Of a stretch of DNA of 64,000 nt, positions 13,860 to 26,987 are shown in pieces (position 1 is the first letter of the stretch; every line of letters begins with the position of its first letter). The translations under genes were made by a program, and so were the position numbers. The stretch lies in the NCBI RefSeq assembly GCF_009914755.1, contig NC_060937.1. The stretch is one strand, 5' to 3'. Source of the stretch: the human T2T-CHM13v2.0 reference genome, Homo sapiens. A model generated the notes under the pieces. That model did no database searches. It was given only the letters and a program-made list of their open reading frames with translations, and was not told the DNA's origin.

Positions 13860-14480
13860 TAAGCGCCAGAGAGGGAGACAGGACATTTCCAACTGGTGGT
13901 CTGAAAGCATCTTCAATATGAGCAAAACTTGCTCAGCATTTGCCACCTAAACATGTTCCTCTTCCGGTTTTTCTGGAAAAACAGTAATTCCATCTACTCA
14001 GGTACCAAATCGTCAATGTCTCCAGTTGGAGAGATTTCTTGGACTCTTCCCTCTGTGTGACTCCCTGCCTGCCCCACTCTGATAATTACATCTGCCAGTT
14101 CTGCCTTCTAAAATCTATCCAGCAATCCTCCCAGTTTATCCCCACAGTGGTGGTCTACCTTGCTTTAGGTCCTTTCCACCTTTTACCAGGACCAGTTTCT
14201 AATGATTCTGTTTCTCCGTCTTGCCTCCTATGCACACCAATTTATTGTCCATGCTGTAGAGAAAGAAAACTTTTTGAAAGATAATCTGATCATGCCACTT
14301 GTTGGCCCCATAGTACCCTGAGACACTCTCTTCACACCACGCTGTGATTGAAGGTTTTCCTCTCTGTCCGACTCAGCAGTGCCGACTCAGCAGTGCCGTA
14401 CTGTGGATGACTTTGAGCCTTCTTACCACTGTATCCCCAGGGCCTAACACATTAGTGCTGTGTGCTAATAAAGACTTGTT
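13860..14480. mobile_element. L2 relic
   Basis: L2-like motifs (TCTGATCATGCCACT, CACTGTATCCCCAGGGCCTAACAC, AATAAAGACTTGTTGA). Confidence 0.55.
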
Positions 14481-14851
14481 GATCAAAGGAGTGAAACTAC
14501 TTTAATTTAAATACTTTGTTCTTTTAAAAATAGAACATAGGAGGGTCAACATAAGAGTAATCTATTTTGTGAGACAAAGAGAGTACACTGTTTACATTCT
14601 ATCTATTCTATAATGTTTTCTTGTCTAATGAATTAGAATACATACTTTTGAAAATAAAAATATATTTGTGAGGTATCATTTAATACTAGTGCCACTTACA
14701 GTTCTAGTCTGCAAACAAATATTTTGTTTTAAACCTCTGAAATTAGTAACGTGTGACTGAGCCTTGTATTCTGTTGCTCAAATGAGCATTATTTTAACAT
14801 TTAAAATATATCTCTTACAATTGTATTATTCTTAGTTATGGAGATTTTTAA

Positions 14852-15247
<396 letters not shown>

Positions 15248-15482
15248 TAATAATTCCATTAAAACCACAAATTTTATATTAGTAGTTAATTTTACCATTT
15301 AGGATATGACCAACACTCAAATCTAGTTATTCTTAGGCAGAATGAGAGAAAGTAGAAAGACTGAAGATATTATTATTCCATACCTTTTATATAACCCAGC
15401 TTTGATGGATGTATGGATAAAATGAAGCCAGAAGCAAAGGAAGGAGAATGATGTCACAAAGACACGATAAAGATCCCATGGC

Positions 15483-15830
<348 letters not shown>

Positions 15831-15900
15831 TTATATGCTAACACAAACAGAATTATGAAACACAACTCATTTAGTTATTTATTTAAATGAGGTAATAATG

Positions 15901-16001
15901 GATAGGTTTAGAAGTCTTTTCTAAATATAGGAAAAAAGATCAACTTATTTTTAATTGATAGGTTTAGAAGTCTTTTCTAAATATAGGAAAAAAGATCAAC
16001 T
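15901..16001. repeat. Tandem duplication, 56-bp period, 45 bp identical
   Basis: GATAGGTTTAGAAGTCTTTTCTAAATATAGGAAAAAAGATCAACT at 15901-15945 and 15957-16001. Confidence 0.95.
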
Positions 16002-18183
16002 GTTTTTTAAATAAAAATAAGGTAAAACTTTTAAAACAAAATTTGTTCAACTATGTACAGAATGGTTGCCTACATTCCAATCATTGTAAATCTTAAGCAT
16101 GTGTGTCTAAACAGTAACTCTCCATGATAGGTTAAAATGACTCTCTTCCCCATTGATGAAAATAAGTGCTACACCTGCAAAACATTTTGTTACCAATCCA
16201 AATTTTTTGTTTTCCTTGTTGGAGGTGGCACTGAAACATGCTTGTCTGCATAGGCAGGTGATGCTTGCTGCATCCCCCCAGTCAGGACCAATGACCCCTT
16301 CAGTGCTGCTGTAGCAACCTGCATAGAGCTCGCTCAGGGCTTTCCTATTACGTATTATTTTATATGCTGGATATGTGTGAATGAGGCTGTCTCTCCCACC
16401 AGATTTAGGACTCCTTGCTGTCTTCATTTGTACACAGCACCCATTACATTCAAAGAGCTGTGTGCCAAACAAGCACTCAAGAGCAGCCTATTTAATTTTA
16501 TTTAATGATTAATGCTTTTGGTCCACATCTTCTCACTGGCTTCTAACAAAATTTTAGTAGACTATGGAGAAAGACCACTCTATGTTAATTAAAGCCTTAA
16601 AAACAGATTAAAGTCTCTTGCTCTCTCATTACTTTACCGTCCCTGAAGGGCTGATGCTGAACAGGTAGGTACTGCTGGGTAGACATGCATAGGAGCACGG
16701 TTCCAGTGAAGAGAGAAGACTCGTAGGTTATCAGCAAACTAGTCTGAGACCAGATATAAGGAAAAGCATAGGCTCGAGAGAAACCAGAGTTTCAATCCTG
16801 GCTCTACTGCTTTCCTAATACCTGCCCATGTCCACGTGCCCTAACCTTGCTCCTTTCCAGGGATTTACATGTGTGATGAGTATATGTAAAGCACTCGAAG
16901 AGGTATGTTTGTGTTCAAAGGTAAAAAAGAAAACCTGAGATTCACACAAGTAGTTTGTCTAAGTTCACTAACAAGTTAGGGGCCAAAGAGATTGAAACTT
17001 TTGTCTCTGGACTTCAAGTTTGGTGATATTTCTATTATATTTTCTAATGTCTCAGCAGTTACCAATATAGCTCATATTCATGAGCTATTTGATCAGGACT
17101 TACAAACAACTTACGGGGAGAGGATTTTTCCTTGAAAAATGTCAGTGTGCTCTTAAATGATTTATTATCTTGGCATCACTAAGCACTATGCTTTATCTAA
17201 CAAGGAACCTAGATGGGGGGGTCTGAAATGGAGCTTTATGTGGAATGAGCTATTTAATTAATGAATACAGATGTGAAGTCATGAACAGCAGCACTCACTC
17301 GTCTGAAGTTAAGATCTAGCAACCACAAGCACCTGCGAACAAAAGGCCACCAGGATGCACAGCTGTCACAAAGCCCCTGATTTTCTTTGTAGGAATATCC
17401 TCAAACCACTTCAGAATCTCATCCAGTAAATGAAGATGAAGATTCAAATTAGAAGCAAGAAATACTGGAATAGCAGCAAGAAATGATGAGGCAAGTAAGA
17501 AAGTGAGAAAAGACAGAATCTGCAATCATTTAGGATCGCTATGTGTGGAGGGGCGTGTGTACATATGTGTGTGTGCATTCCAAATATGTAATCAAATATA
17601 ATTAATGGAATAAACATGTAATAGTATTTGATATTAATTACAGAGACTTCATTCATCAAGAGAAAAATTATTAAATAATGTGTGGTTTCATAAAGGTAGG
17701 GAAGATCATACTCTGGAAACCATTAAATCAGAATTGCTTAATATTTTTAAGTGTCTATATGAATAAACTTCCTTAATGTACAAAATTCAGATATGAATAA
17801 TTCCTAAGAAATGTGACTACCTTAAGTTTACTAATTTTTAAGGTTAGAGGTGTATGGCTTTCATATGAATTAAAATGAATATTATACAGGATTACCTACT
17901 GGGCCTCACAAATTTATCAGAGAACAGTATGTCAATTGGGGATAGAAAATATTTCCAGATTCATTTGAACAGACTATTTTTACATATTGTAATTCCTTTG
18001 CAAAAAAAATTTGATTTTATCTTTATTTTGCCTTTTAAAAAATTCATCATTAAATTGTAATATTCTGCAGAACACTGATAATGTCAGTGTCATTGTTCCA
18101 TTTTAATGTCATGTCATACATACTGTTAGAGTTCTAGTTTCTCTTCAGACCCTCTTCTAGACTAGACCCAACATCTGGTTCTG

Positions 18184-18202
18184 GTGCACCATCTAGTGGC
18201 TG
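18184..18202 (-). promoter_or_regulatory. Candidate CTCF motif
   Basis: Minus strand reads CAGCCACTAGATGGTGCAC, close to the CTCF core CCASYAGRKGGCR. Confidence 0.5.
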
Positions 18203-19985
18203 TAGGAATCACTGATGCCTGAATGTTACTTGCTTTTACTGCATTGTAGAAATTACTAGAGCATTTATTTTTTAGAAAATAGTGAGAATTCTAAAAGGCA
18301 AAACCAAATTCACAAAATTATTTTCTTCTAAAATTCAAATGCAAATCAGTTAATAAGCAATAGAACTCTTAACGTGAGGGAATCCATAGTGCATAATTGT
18401 TTTGTATAGCACATATTTAAATGACCATATTAATTTAAATGGCAATGCATACTCATTTAAGTACTAATATTTATTTGTGAATATGCATATTTATTTAAAT
18501 ACTCTGTAAACTGCTTCATGTACAGAGACCCACAATTTAGACAGTGGATATAAATAATTAACCTGCTGACAATAATGTGTATGTGATGGCTGAGATATAT
18601 TTTTGCCTTTTTTTGACATGCCTTAAATGATTAAGCACAAGCAGGCATTAATAAACTCATTCAAAAATACTTGGTCACATCTTCGTGTTATTATCTAAAC
18701 TGTACACTCATGAAAATATACTTATTTTTAATTTAGAAAGGCACTCCTCAGCATTTCTTTTTCTATTCTAAATTCTTTGCTAATATCTAGAAAATGTACC
18801 TCTTTCAAATACCTACAAATATGTTTAAGTTACTAAGTTGTAAATAAAAAGATGACTGATCAGGTACTTATATGGTACAAAAAGATGAAGCATTAAAGGC
18901 AAAATTAACTTTCTCAAAGCAAGTTTCTCACTGATACTTACTCCCCTCCCATAGCGTGCATGGCTCTCGTAAGTCAACTGGTATAATCCCAAATTCCAAA
19001 TTAATTGTTGGTCACACACAAGTAACTTACTCAATATGCCTGAAGCAAAGGTAAGGCTAAGAAGATGTTTACTAAGAGCATGCAAACCAACCTGATTCCC
19101 TATAGAAATAGTTTTGATTTCATTTTGAACACTGTTACAAAATCTTATACATAATTATAAATCAGAAGTCAGGATGGGCTCATTTTGAACTAGTTACAGA
19201 AAAATCAACCAAATTTCACTTTTTTTCTTTCTAAAAATAATGTTATTTGACTGATAATAGTTCAAGGAAGCCATGACTGCACATAGTAACTATCTCTCTG
19301 CTAAGTGGATGAATGGATTTGACATATCTTGGTTTTGGGCAGGTATTTCACAAGGACATTTAGATTTAACTGTGAGGCAGAGAAATGTGAGCTGGAAACA
19401 GGAGAGCTAGGTGGATTCTGGCTACTGTTTAAAGAATTAAGACCTATCTGAATGGAGGCCTCTCGGATCATGTCTTAGGGTTTTTTCCTTGAACGCATCC
19501 CATTCAATACATTCATCAATTACCTGGCACAGATGAAGAAGCTGAAACAGACAGCAAAAATAATAAAAGCAAAGTGGGTAGGGAGAACTTTCAAGTCATT
19601 TCAATTTATTAGAATAATGGGCCCAAATCAAGAAAATGAATATAGAATAATTATTTCTTAGACTTGAAAAAGTATGTGCAACCTCAGAATAATGATTCTG
19701 TCCTGTATTTCCAGCCTGTGCCTCAACACTTTCAGTGATAGGGAACACACTACTTCCAAGCAAAGCCATCATTAAGGGACAGCTCCAACCACACATACAA
19801 CATGGCATGTTTAGGTTTAAAAGAAATCTATTATAGGTACAAGGGATAGACAAGATACAGTTGTTAGCAGTTTTTGATTTAGATAACCCAATAGAGTAAA
19901 CTGCTAAAAAAAACTTAACACCATTTTTGCATATACAGGCATATCTTATTTTCCTGCACTTCACTTTATTGCATTTCGAAGATAT

Positions 19986-19989
<4 letters not shown>

Positions 19990-20030
<41 letters not shown>
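19990..20030. repeat. (GT)n microsatellite inside Tigger1
   Basis: About 20 GT units. Confidence 0.95.
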
Positions 20031-20032
<2 letters not shown>

Positions 20033-21668
20033 ACAAATTCAAGTTTTGTGGCAATCCTATGTCAGGCAAGTTTACTGGCGCCATTTTCCCAAGAGCATGT
20101 GCTCACTTTGCATCTTTGTGTGATACTTGGGTAATTGTCACAATATTTCAAACTTTTAAATTATTATTATATTTTGTATGGTGATCTGTGATCAGTGACC
20201 TTTGATGTTTCTACTGTAATTGTTTTGGGTTCGATGAACTGTACCCAAGACGGCAAACTTAATGGATAAATGTTGTGTGTGTTGTGACTGCATCACTGAC
20301 CAGCTGCTACCCCATCTTACTCCCTCTTCTTGAGCCCCCCTATTCCTTGAGACACAACAATATTGAAATTAGGCCAGTTAGTAACCCTAAGTGTTCAAGT
20401 GAAAGGAAAAGTCATACATCTTTCACTTTAAATCAAAAGCTATAAATGATTATGCTTAGCGAGTCAGGCACTTCGAAAGCTGAGATGGGCTGGAAGCTAG
20501 GCCTCTTGAGCCAGTTAGCCAAGCTATGAAAGCAAAGGAAAAGTTCCAGAAGGAAATTAAAATGTTATTCCAGTTAACACACAAATGATAAGAAAGCAAA
20601 ACAGCCTTATCGCTGATTTGGAGAAAGTTTGAGTGGTCTGGATAGAAGATCAAACCAGTTACAATATCCCCCAAAGCTAAAGCCTAATCCAGAGCAAGGG
20701 CCACTCTTCAGTTCTTCACGGCTGAGAGAGGTAAGAAAGCTGCAGAAGGAAAGTTGGAAGCTAGCGGAGGTTGGTTCATGAGGTTTAAGGACAGAAGCTG
20801 TCTCCATAACATATAAGTGCAAGTTGTAGCAGCAAGTGCTGATGTAGAAGCTGCAGCAAGGTATCCAGAAGATCTAGCTAAGATCACTGATGAAGGCAGC
20901 CATACTAAACTACAGATTTTCAATGTAGATGATATACCCTCCTATTGAAAGATGTCATGTAGGACTTTCTGAGCTAGAGAGGAGAAGTCAATGCCTAGCT
21001 TTAAAGCTTCAAAGGACAGATGGACTCTTGTTAGGGACTAATGGAGACAGTAACCTTCAGCTGAAGCCAAGGCTCATATACTATTCTGAAAATCCTAGGG
21101 CCCTTAAAGAATTATGCTAAATCTAATGCTAAATCTGCTTGTGCTGTATAAATGTAACAACAAAGCTTGGATTTTACAGCATGGTTTACTGAATGTTTTA
21201 AGCCCACTGTTGAGGCCTACTGCTCAGAAAAAAAGATTCCTTGAGAAATATTACTGCTCACTGACAATGCACCTGGTCACCCTAGAGCTCTGATGAGATG
21301 TACAAGGAGATGGATGTTTTTCTGCCTGCTAACACAACATGCATTCTTCAGCCCACGGATCAAGGAGTCATTTTGACTTTTAAGTCTTATCATTTAAGAA
21401 ATACATTTCGTAAGACTATAGCTCCATAGCTAGTGATTCCTCTTGTGAATCCAGGCAAATTAAATTTAAAAACCCCTGGAGAGGATTCACCATTCTAGAT
21501 GCCATTAGGAACATTTGTGATTCATGATAAGTCAAAAATCAACATGAACAGGAATGTGGAAGTAGTTCATTCAATCCTCATCGATGACTTTGAGGGATTC
21601 AGGGCTTCCATGGAGAAAGGAATTGCAGATGTGGTGGAAACAGCAGGAGAATTACAACTAGAAGTGGA

Positions 21669-21972
<304 letters not shown>

Positions 21973-23771
21973 GATTAGAAGTGGACTCAAGATGTGACTG
22001 AATTCCTGCAATCTCATGATAAAACTTGAATGAATGAGGAACTGCTTCTTACGGATGCGCAAAAAAAGTGATTCTTGAAATGGAATGTATTCCCAGTGAA
22101 GATGCTGTCAACACTGTCCAAATTACAATGAAGGATTTAGAAGATTTTATAAACTTAGTTGATAAAGCAGCATCAGAAGATTGACTGCAATTTAGAAAGA
22201 AGTTCTATGGTGGGTAAAATGTTATGAAACAGCACCACAGGCTACAGGGAAATCTTCTATGAAATAAGAGTCCACTGATGTGGCAAACTTTATTGCTGTC
22301 TTAAGAAATTTCCACATCCACTCCAACCTTTAGCAACTATCACCCTGATCAGTCAGCAGCCATCAACACAGAGGCAAGACCCTCCACTAGTCAAAAGATT
22401 ACGACTCTAAAGGCTCAGATGACTGTTAGTACTTGTGAGCAATGAAGTGCTTTTTAATTATGTACTTTTTTTAGACAATGCTATTGCACACTTGAGTATA
22501 GTGTAAACACAACTTTTAAATGTAATAGGGAAACAAAAAAATTGTGTGACTTCCTTTCTTGTGATATTTACTTTATTGGGATGTCGGGAACTGAACCCAC
22601 AGGATCTTTGAGGTACGCCTGTATTAAGAGAAGTCCATTCACAGGATATGTTCCCTCAATTTGTGGTATGAAAACTTAAAAAGACACAGTGATCAGTTGG
22701 AGTGTATCTACAAAGACACGGCTGAGAAAACTGGAGGTGTTTGATTTGGAGAATTAAGATGTTAGTTGGTTCATGACAGTGTTGAGAGGAACACCGGGGC
22801 CAGTGAGTGAAAATTATAGCATTATCATTAGAGCCATTCTGTTCAACCAGAAGGTTCCAAGACCTAAACAGCACCGTAAGAGGCTACTGGACATTGTAAG
22901 AGAGGAGAACTCTGTCTTCAGATTGTGTTGCAGAAGAATATGCGGCCACTCAGAGCATTTAAGGAGAGTTGGTTAAACTACTAATGTGGGAACAATAGTC
23001 AGCCAGAAGTGCCAAAGAGATAATAACAGCTACAACCATCTGGTTGTTAATAACAAATTTTTTAAAATACACATAAGTATGCAGAAAACTGCACAGCAGT
23101 GACTTGCTCTCTGCGAAATATGACACGCAAGGGGTTCCCCGAATTAGGAAACACTAGACTGTAACATATAAAGTCCATTCTGACCCTTAGAGTCTGTGAT
23201 TTCATTGTATTAATAGCCAAGCTAATCAATTCTGCTTCAGCATAGCATTCAAGGTTCAGATTGTTTTGAATTACAATGCATAAATGATGTCTCCTCTGCT
23301 CTCATGGTGTATGTTAGAATCTGTAAGATGCAATCCTATACTGCCATGGAGTTAAATCCTTTAATAGTACCTGATTAAAAATTTTCCTCTCTTTCACTGT
23401 TCATCACTTGGGTAAGAGGAGTAGAGGTGTCTGTGTGAAAATGAGGCTAATATGTATTCCAGAAAACTCAAAGAGAATAGGAATAACTCAAAATATGTGA
23501 TGATTCATTGTAGAAAGTCATTTTTTTAAAAACAGAAATGCTCCTATAAAGTCAGTAATATGGTCTAATCATACTTCCTGCCATGATCTGTGTTCACTAT
23601 CTACTGGTAGGATGGAATATACTTACTCAATTTCCATGTCTTCACACTCATTCTTTGCCTTAATGATAAAGGAACTGACTTAAAAATAGAGCCTAAGAAA
23701 CAGATAAAAACCTCTCTTTGGGAAGCTCAGAATCGTAGAAAAGGAAGAATCTAGAATAAGTAGAAAAGAGA

Positions 23772-23890
23772 GGCTGGGTGCAGTGGCTCACACCTGTAAT
23801 CCCAGAACTCTGAAAGGCCAAGGTGGAAGGACCACTTGAGCCCAGGAGTTCAAGACCAGCCTGGCCAACATAGTGAGACCCTGTCTCTAA
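23772..23890 (+). mobile_element. FLAM/Alu left monomer
   Basis: Single monomer ending CCCTGTCTCTA with flanking TAAGTAG duplication. Confidence 0.85.
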
Positions 23891-24978
23891 TTAAGTAGGA
23901 AAGGGAAAAGAACAGGGAGCAGAGAGGGAACATGGGCTAAATGGAAAATGATGCTAATTTCAATTATTTTGATACCTAAGCTGGGAGGCAGTTTACAGAG
24001 TACAGTTCTTTTCACATGTCTGAGATGGGAATCTGTTACATGTGAAGCTTCCAGTCAGTGGCAGATGCTGTCAAGGAAAGACGCTGGACTGGACTTGCTT
24101 GCTGTGAGCCATGTTTTACCGGGAATGTGTGAATGAATTTCCCTGCTCTATCGGCTTCTTTGGGCTTCACGCAGTCCAGTCACCACTCTTCTTAGAAGAA
24201 GTGGTGGAACTGTGGGGCCCTCTTCCTATCTTCAGTCTCTTGCCAGGGCCTTGCACTGGAGGCATCCTGGAGGAACTGGAAGCTCAGGAAGCCAGAGGAT
24301 GCCAGCTGAGGGACACAGAAGGCAGAGGATGGGGTGGGCAGGGGCTAAGTGCAGAGTCACCAGTTCATTTCCTAGATGGATGGGGGAACAGTGGCAAAGG
24401 CAGTGAGTCAATTGTGGTATCAATTTCCTTTTCTGTAAACTGTCAATACTAAAACTCCTCTCCCTATATAAAAAAAATACCAGTGTGAATCAACTGGAGT
24501 TATGCCTGAATGTTTGTAAAAACTTCCCACAATGCTACGTATCTGTCATTTTTTATTTTTCAGTTGTTTACCTATTTGCTATTTGGGAGAGAGTTTTGAG
24601 GAGAGCAAAAAGCATAATCTAAAGGAATGGATAAAATACTAACTTTAAGAGAGAGAATAATTGTGTTCAGCTTCTTCTTTGATGTGCCACGTGGACATTT
24701 TTTAAAACTGATAGCCTATATAATGATTAAGTGGTGATGCTGACTGTGAGAAAGACTACTAGATCACTATGTTCCCAACATTTTAAAAGCTCAAATACTT
24801 CACTGGTTTCTCAAGTTTCTCTCTTTCTCAAGAGAGAGAGAATACATTCCGCCTAGAAGGAGGGAACTGGACTTGAGAGGTACACAGGATGAATGAGTAC
24901 GAAAGGCTCCCGAGGTAAGTGGCCGGCGCTTTATGGACTCTCACTGGCTCACAGGTGAGAAGCCCTGCAGAGCGGTAC

Positions 24979-25136
24979 CTGTATGTGTCCTCCGGTGAGC
25001 CTTCAGGTGAGAACTTTTTGTGTACACTTTGTTGCATCCCTCAAAATCACATCTGTGGATACGCCGTTTTCTGGAGTCTGGGGATTCAGACCGTCTCTGG
25101 CGTCTTGTGCTCTCAATACTAAATGGTGAAATTGAA
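24979..25136 (-). CDS. KLF12: KLF12 penultimate coding exon (158 nt): basic region/NLS and zinc finger 1
   Basis: Translates [52 protein letters not shown](G). The acceptor is TTTTTCTTTTTCCAG (AG at 25138-25137) with a TAAC branch-like motif upstream. The donor is CAG|GTACCG at 24979/24978, and the exon joins the last exon in frame to give the TGEKP linker. Confidence 0.96.
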
Positions 25137-26610
25137 CTGGAAAAAGAAAAAGTGGAGTTACACGGTGAGATGCACACCGCCCCATTTTGGTTCTGGTGGC
25201 ATGGGAACATTGTCTCAGACACTACAGCTTCACAGACTCAAGGCCACCATGACCACAGTTCTTGCTACCACTTTCTTGGGCAGATCTCACTTTTCGAAAC
25301 CTGAAAGGCAGGCAGCATGAGTTATTTCCGGCAAAACACTCCAAGGGAGAGAAAGACATGCTTCAAACAACAATAACAAAAACTGAAAGTAAATGAAAGC
25401 AGTGGTAGGTGAGTATTTCCTCATTATCAGAAGAAACAATCTGGTAGGGGTAAATTACCATCTCACAGTTTTGAATTTCTGAATATCCTGATAGAGAATA
25501 TTTTAAGAAGGCTTGCTATAGACAAATGACAAAATGATACATTTAATAAGTAACAAGAGGGTCTGCACTGCATGTGACAACATAGAAACTCCTGTAAAAT
25601 CACAAGGTACATTTCTAAACAAGGGAGTCAGGCTGAAAGAAATGACATCAGTAACATGAATCATGACAAGCTATTTCTGTTTGGTGAAACGCACCTGACA
25701 TTTAACTTTTCTAGTTGGAGTTTCTTTGTGGTGAGGAATAACGTGCATTGTCTTTAAAGATTAGCTGTACCACCATTATAAAAAAAAGTTTTAACTAAGA
25801 AATTTGGCCCTAACTTGCATATTGTTTAATCTGAATGCCCCAGTAGAAAAACAGGATTAGTTTATAATGTCAGGTAATTGACTAACATGTACTTAAAAAA
25901 ATCTTAATCTCTTTTGATTGAGACAGAAATAATATGACTCATCTTTTTTAGTACCATGACATTCTTTAAAATTACAGTGAGATATGATAAAAAAGCAGTC
26001 ACTCATATTTCTACTCTACAAAATGTACTACAGTTAATATTTTGACATATTTTCTTCCAGCTTGTTCACATTTTGATGCTTTTAAAAATTAGTTTTTATT
26101 GGTAAATCACCTCTTTTAAAAGTTGAACATTACTGATAAAGATCAATTCCCCCCTTGTTTTCCACCATTATCCTGGTCCTTTCTCCTCCTTCCAGGGAAG
26201 AGCCTCTATCCTGAGTTTTCTTTACCTCTTTCCAATTCTTTTAAATTATGTCTACCTATACAAATCTGCATTTACAGACATTCATTTTTTTTGTGTGTTT
26301 TTTAAGTCATATGAATAATATCATGCTGTTTATATCATTCTGCAAATTGTTTTATTCCTTTTTTTAATTCAACATTTAACATTTGAGATTCATCCATGTC
26401 GATATAAATGCCATAATTCATTTATTTGAAGTGCTATATACTTATAACTTACCAATTTTAAGATCTATTTTTAAAATATTTTAACCATCTCCAAAATCAG
26501 AATGCTTCTTAAAATTGATGGCTTATTACAGTTTTACTGGCATAACTTTTTTTATTAGTGGTACATAAAGTAACGGTGCATTTTACAATTGAAGACATTT
26601 TAACTTAGAT

Positions 26611-26987
26611 CGGGGGTCAGTGAACTTTTGCTGTAAAGGGCTAGATAGTAAATATTTTATTTCAACACCGAGGGCCACACAGTCTTATGTTGTAGCTAAT
26701 CAATTCTGCAACTGTATCATGAAAGCAGCTATAGATTATATATAAACAAATGAATGTCGTTATGTTCCAATGAAACTTTGTTTACAGAAACAGTGGGCTG
26801 GCCAGGCACAGTGGCTCAAGCCTGTAATCCCAGCACTTTGGGAAGCTGAGGCAGGAGAACTGCTTGAGCCCAAGAATCTGAGACCAACCTAGGCAAGAAG
26901 GAGAGACCCTATCTCTACAAAACAAATAAACAAACCAAAAAACAGTGGGCTGTATTCTGTCCTTGAGCTGTAGCTTGCCAACTATGG
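26611..26987. mobile_element. MER58A-like MITE interrupted by FLAM
   Basis: GGGGTCAGTGAACTTTTGCTGTAAAGGGCTAGATAGTAAATATTTT ... GTAGCTTGCCAAC; 8-bp TSD ACTTAGAT/AATTAGAT. Confidence 0.75.
26800..26939 (+). mobile_element. FLAM_C-like monomer
   Basis: Alu monomer; TSD AAACAGTGGGCT at 26788-26799 and 26940-26951. Confidence 0.88.
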
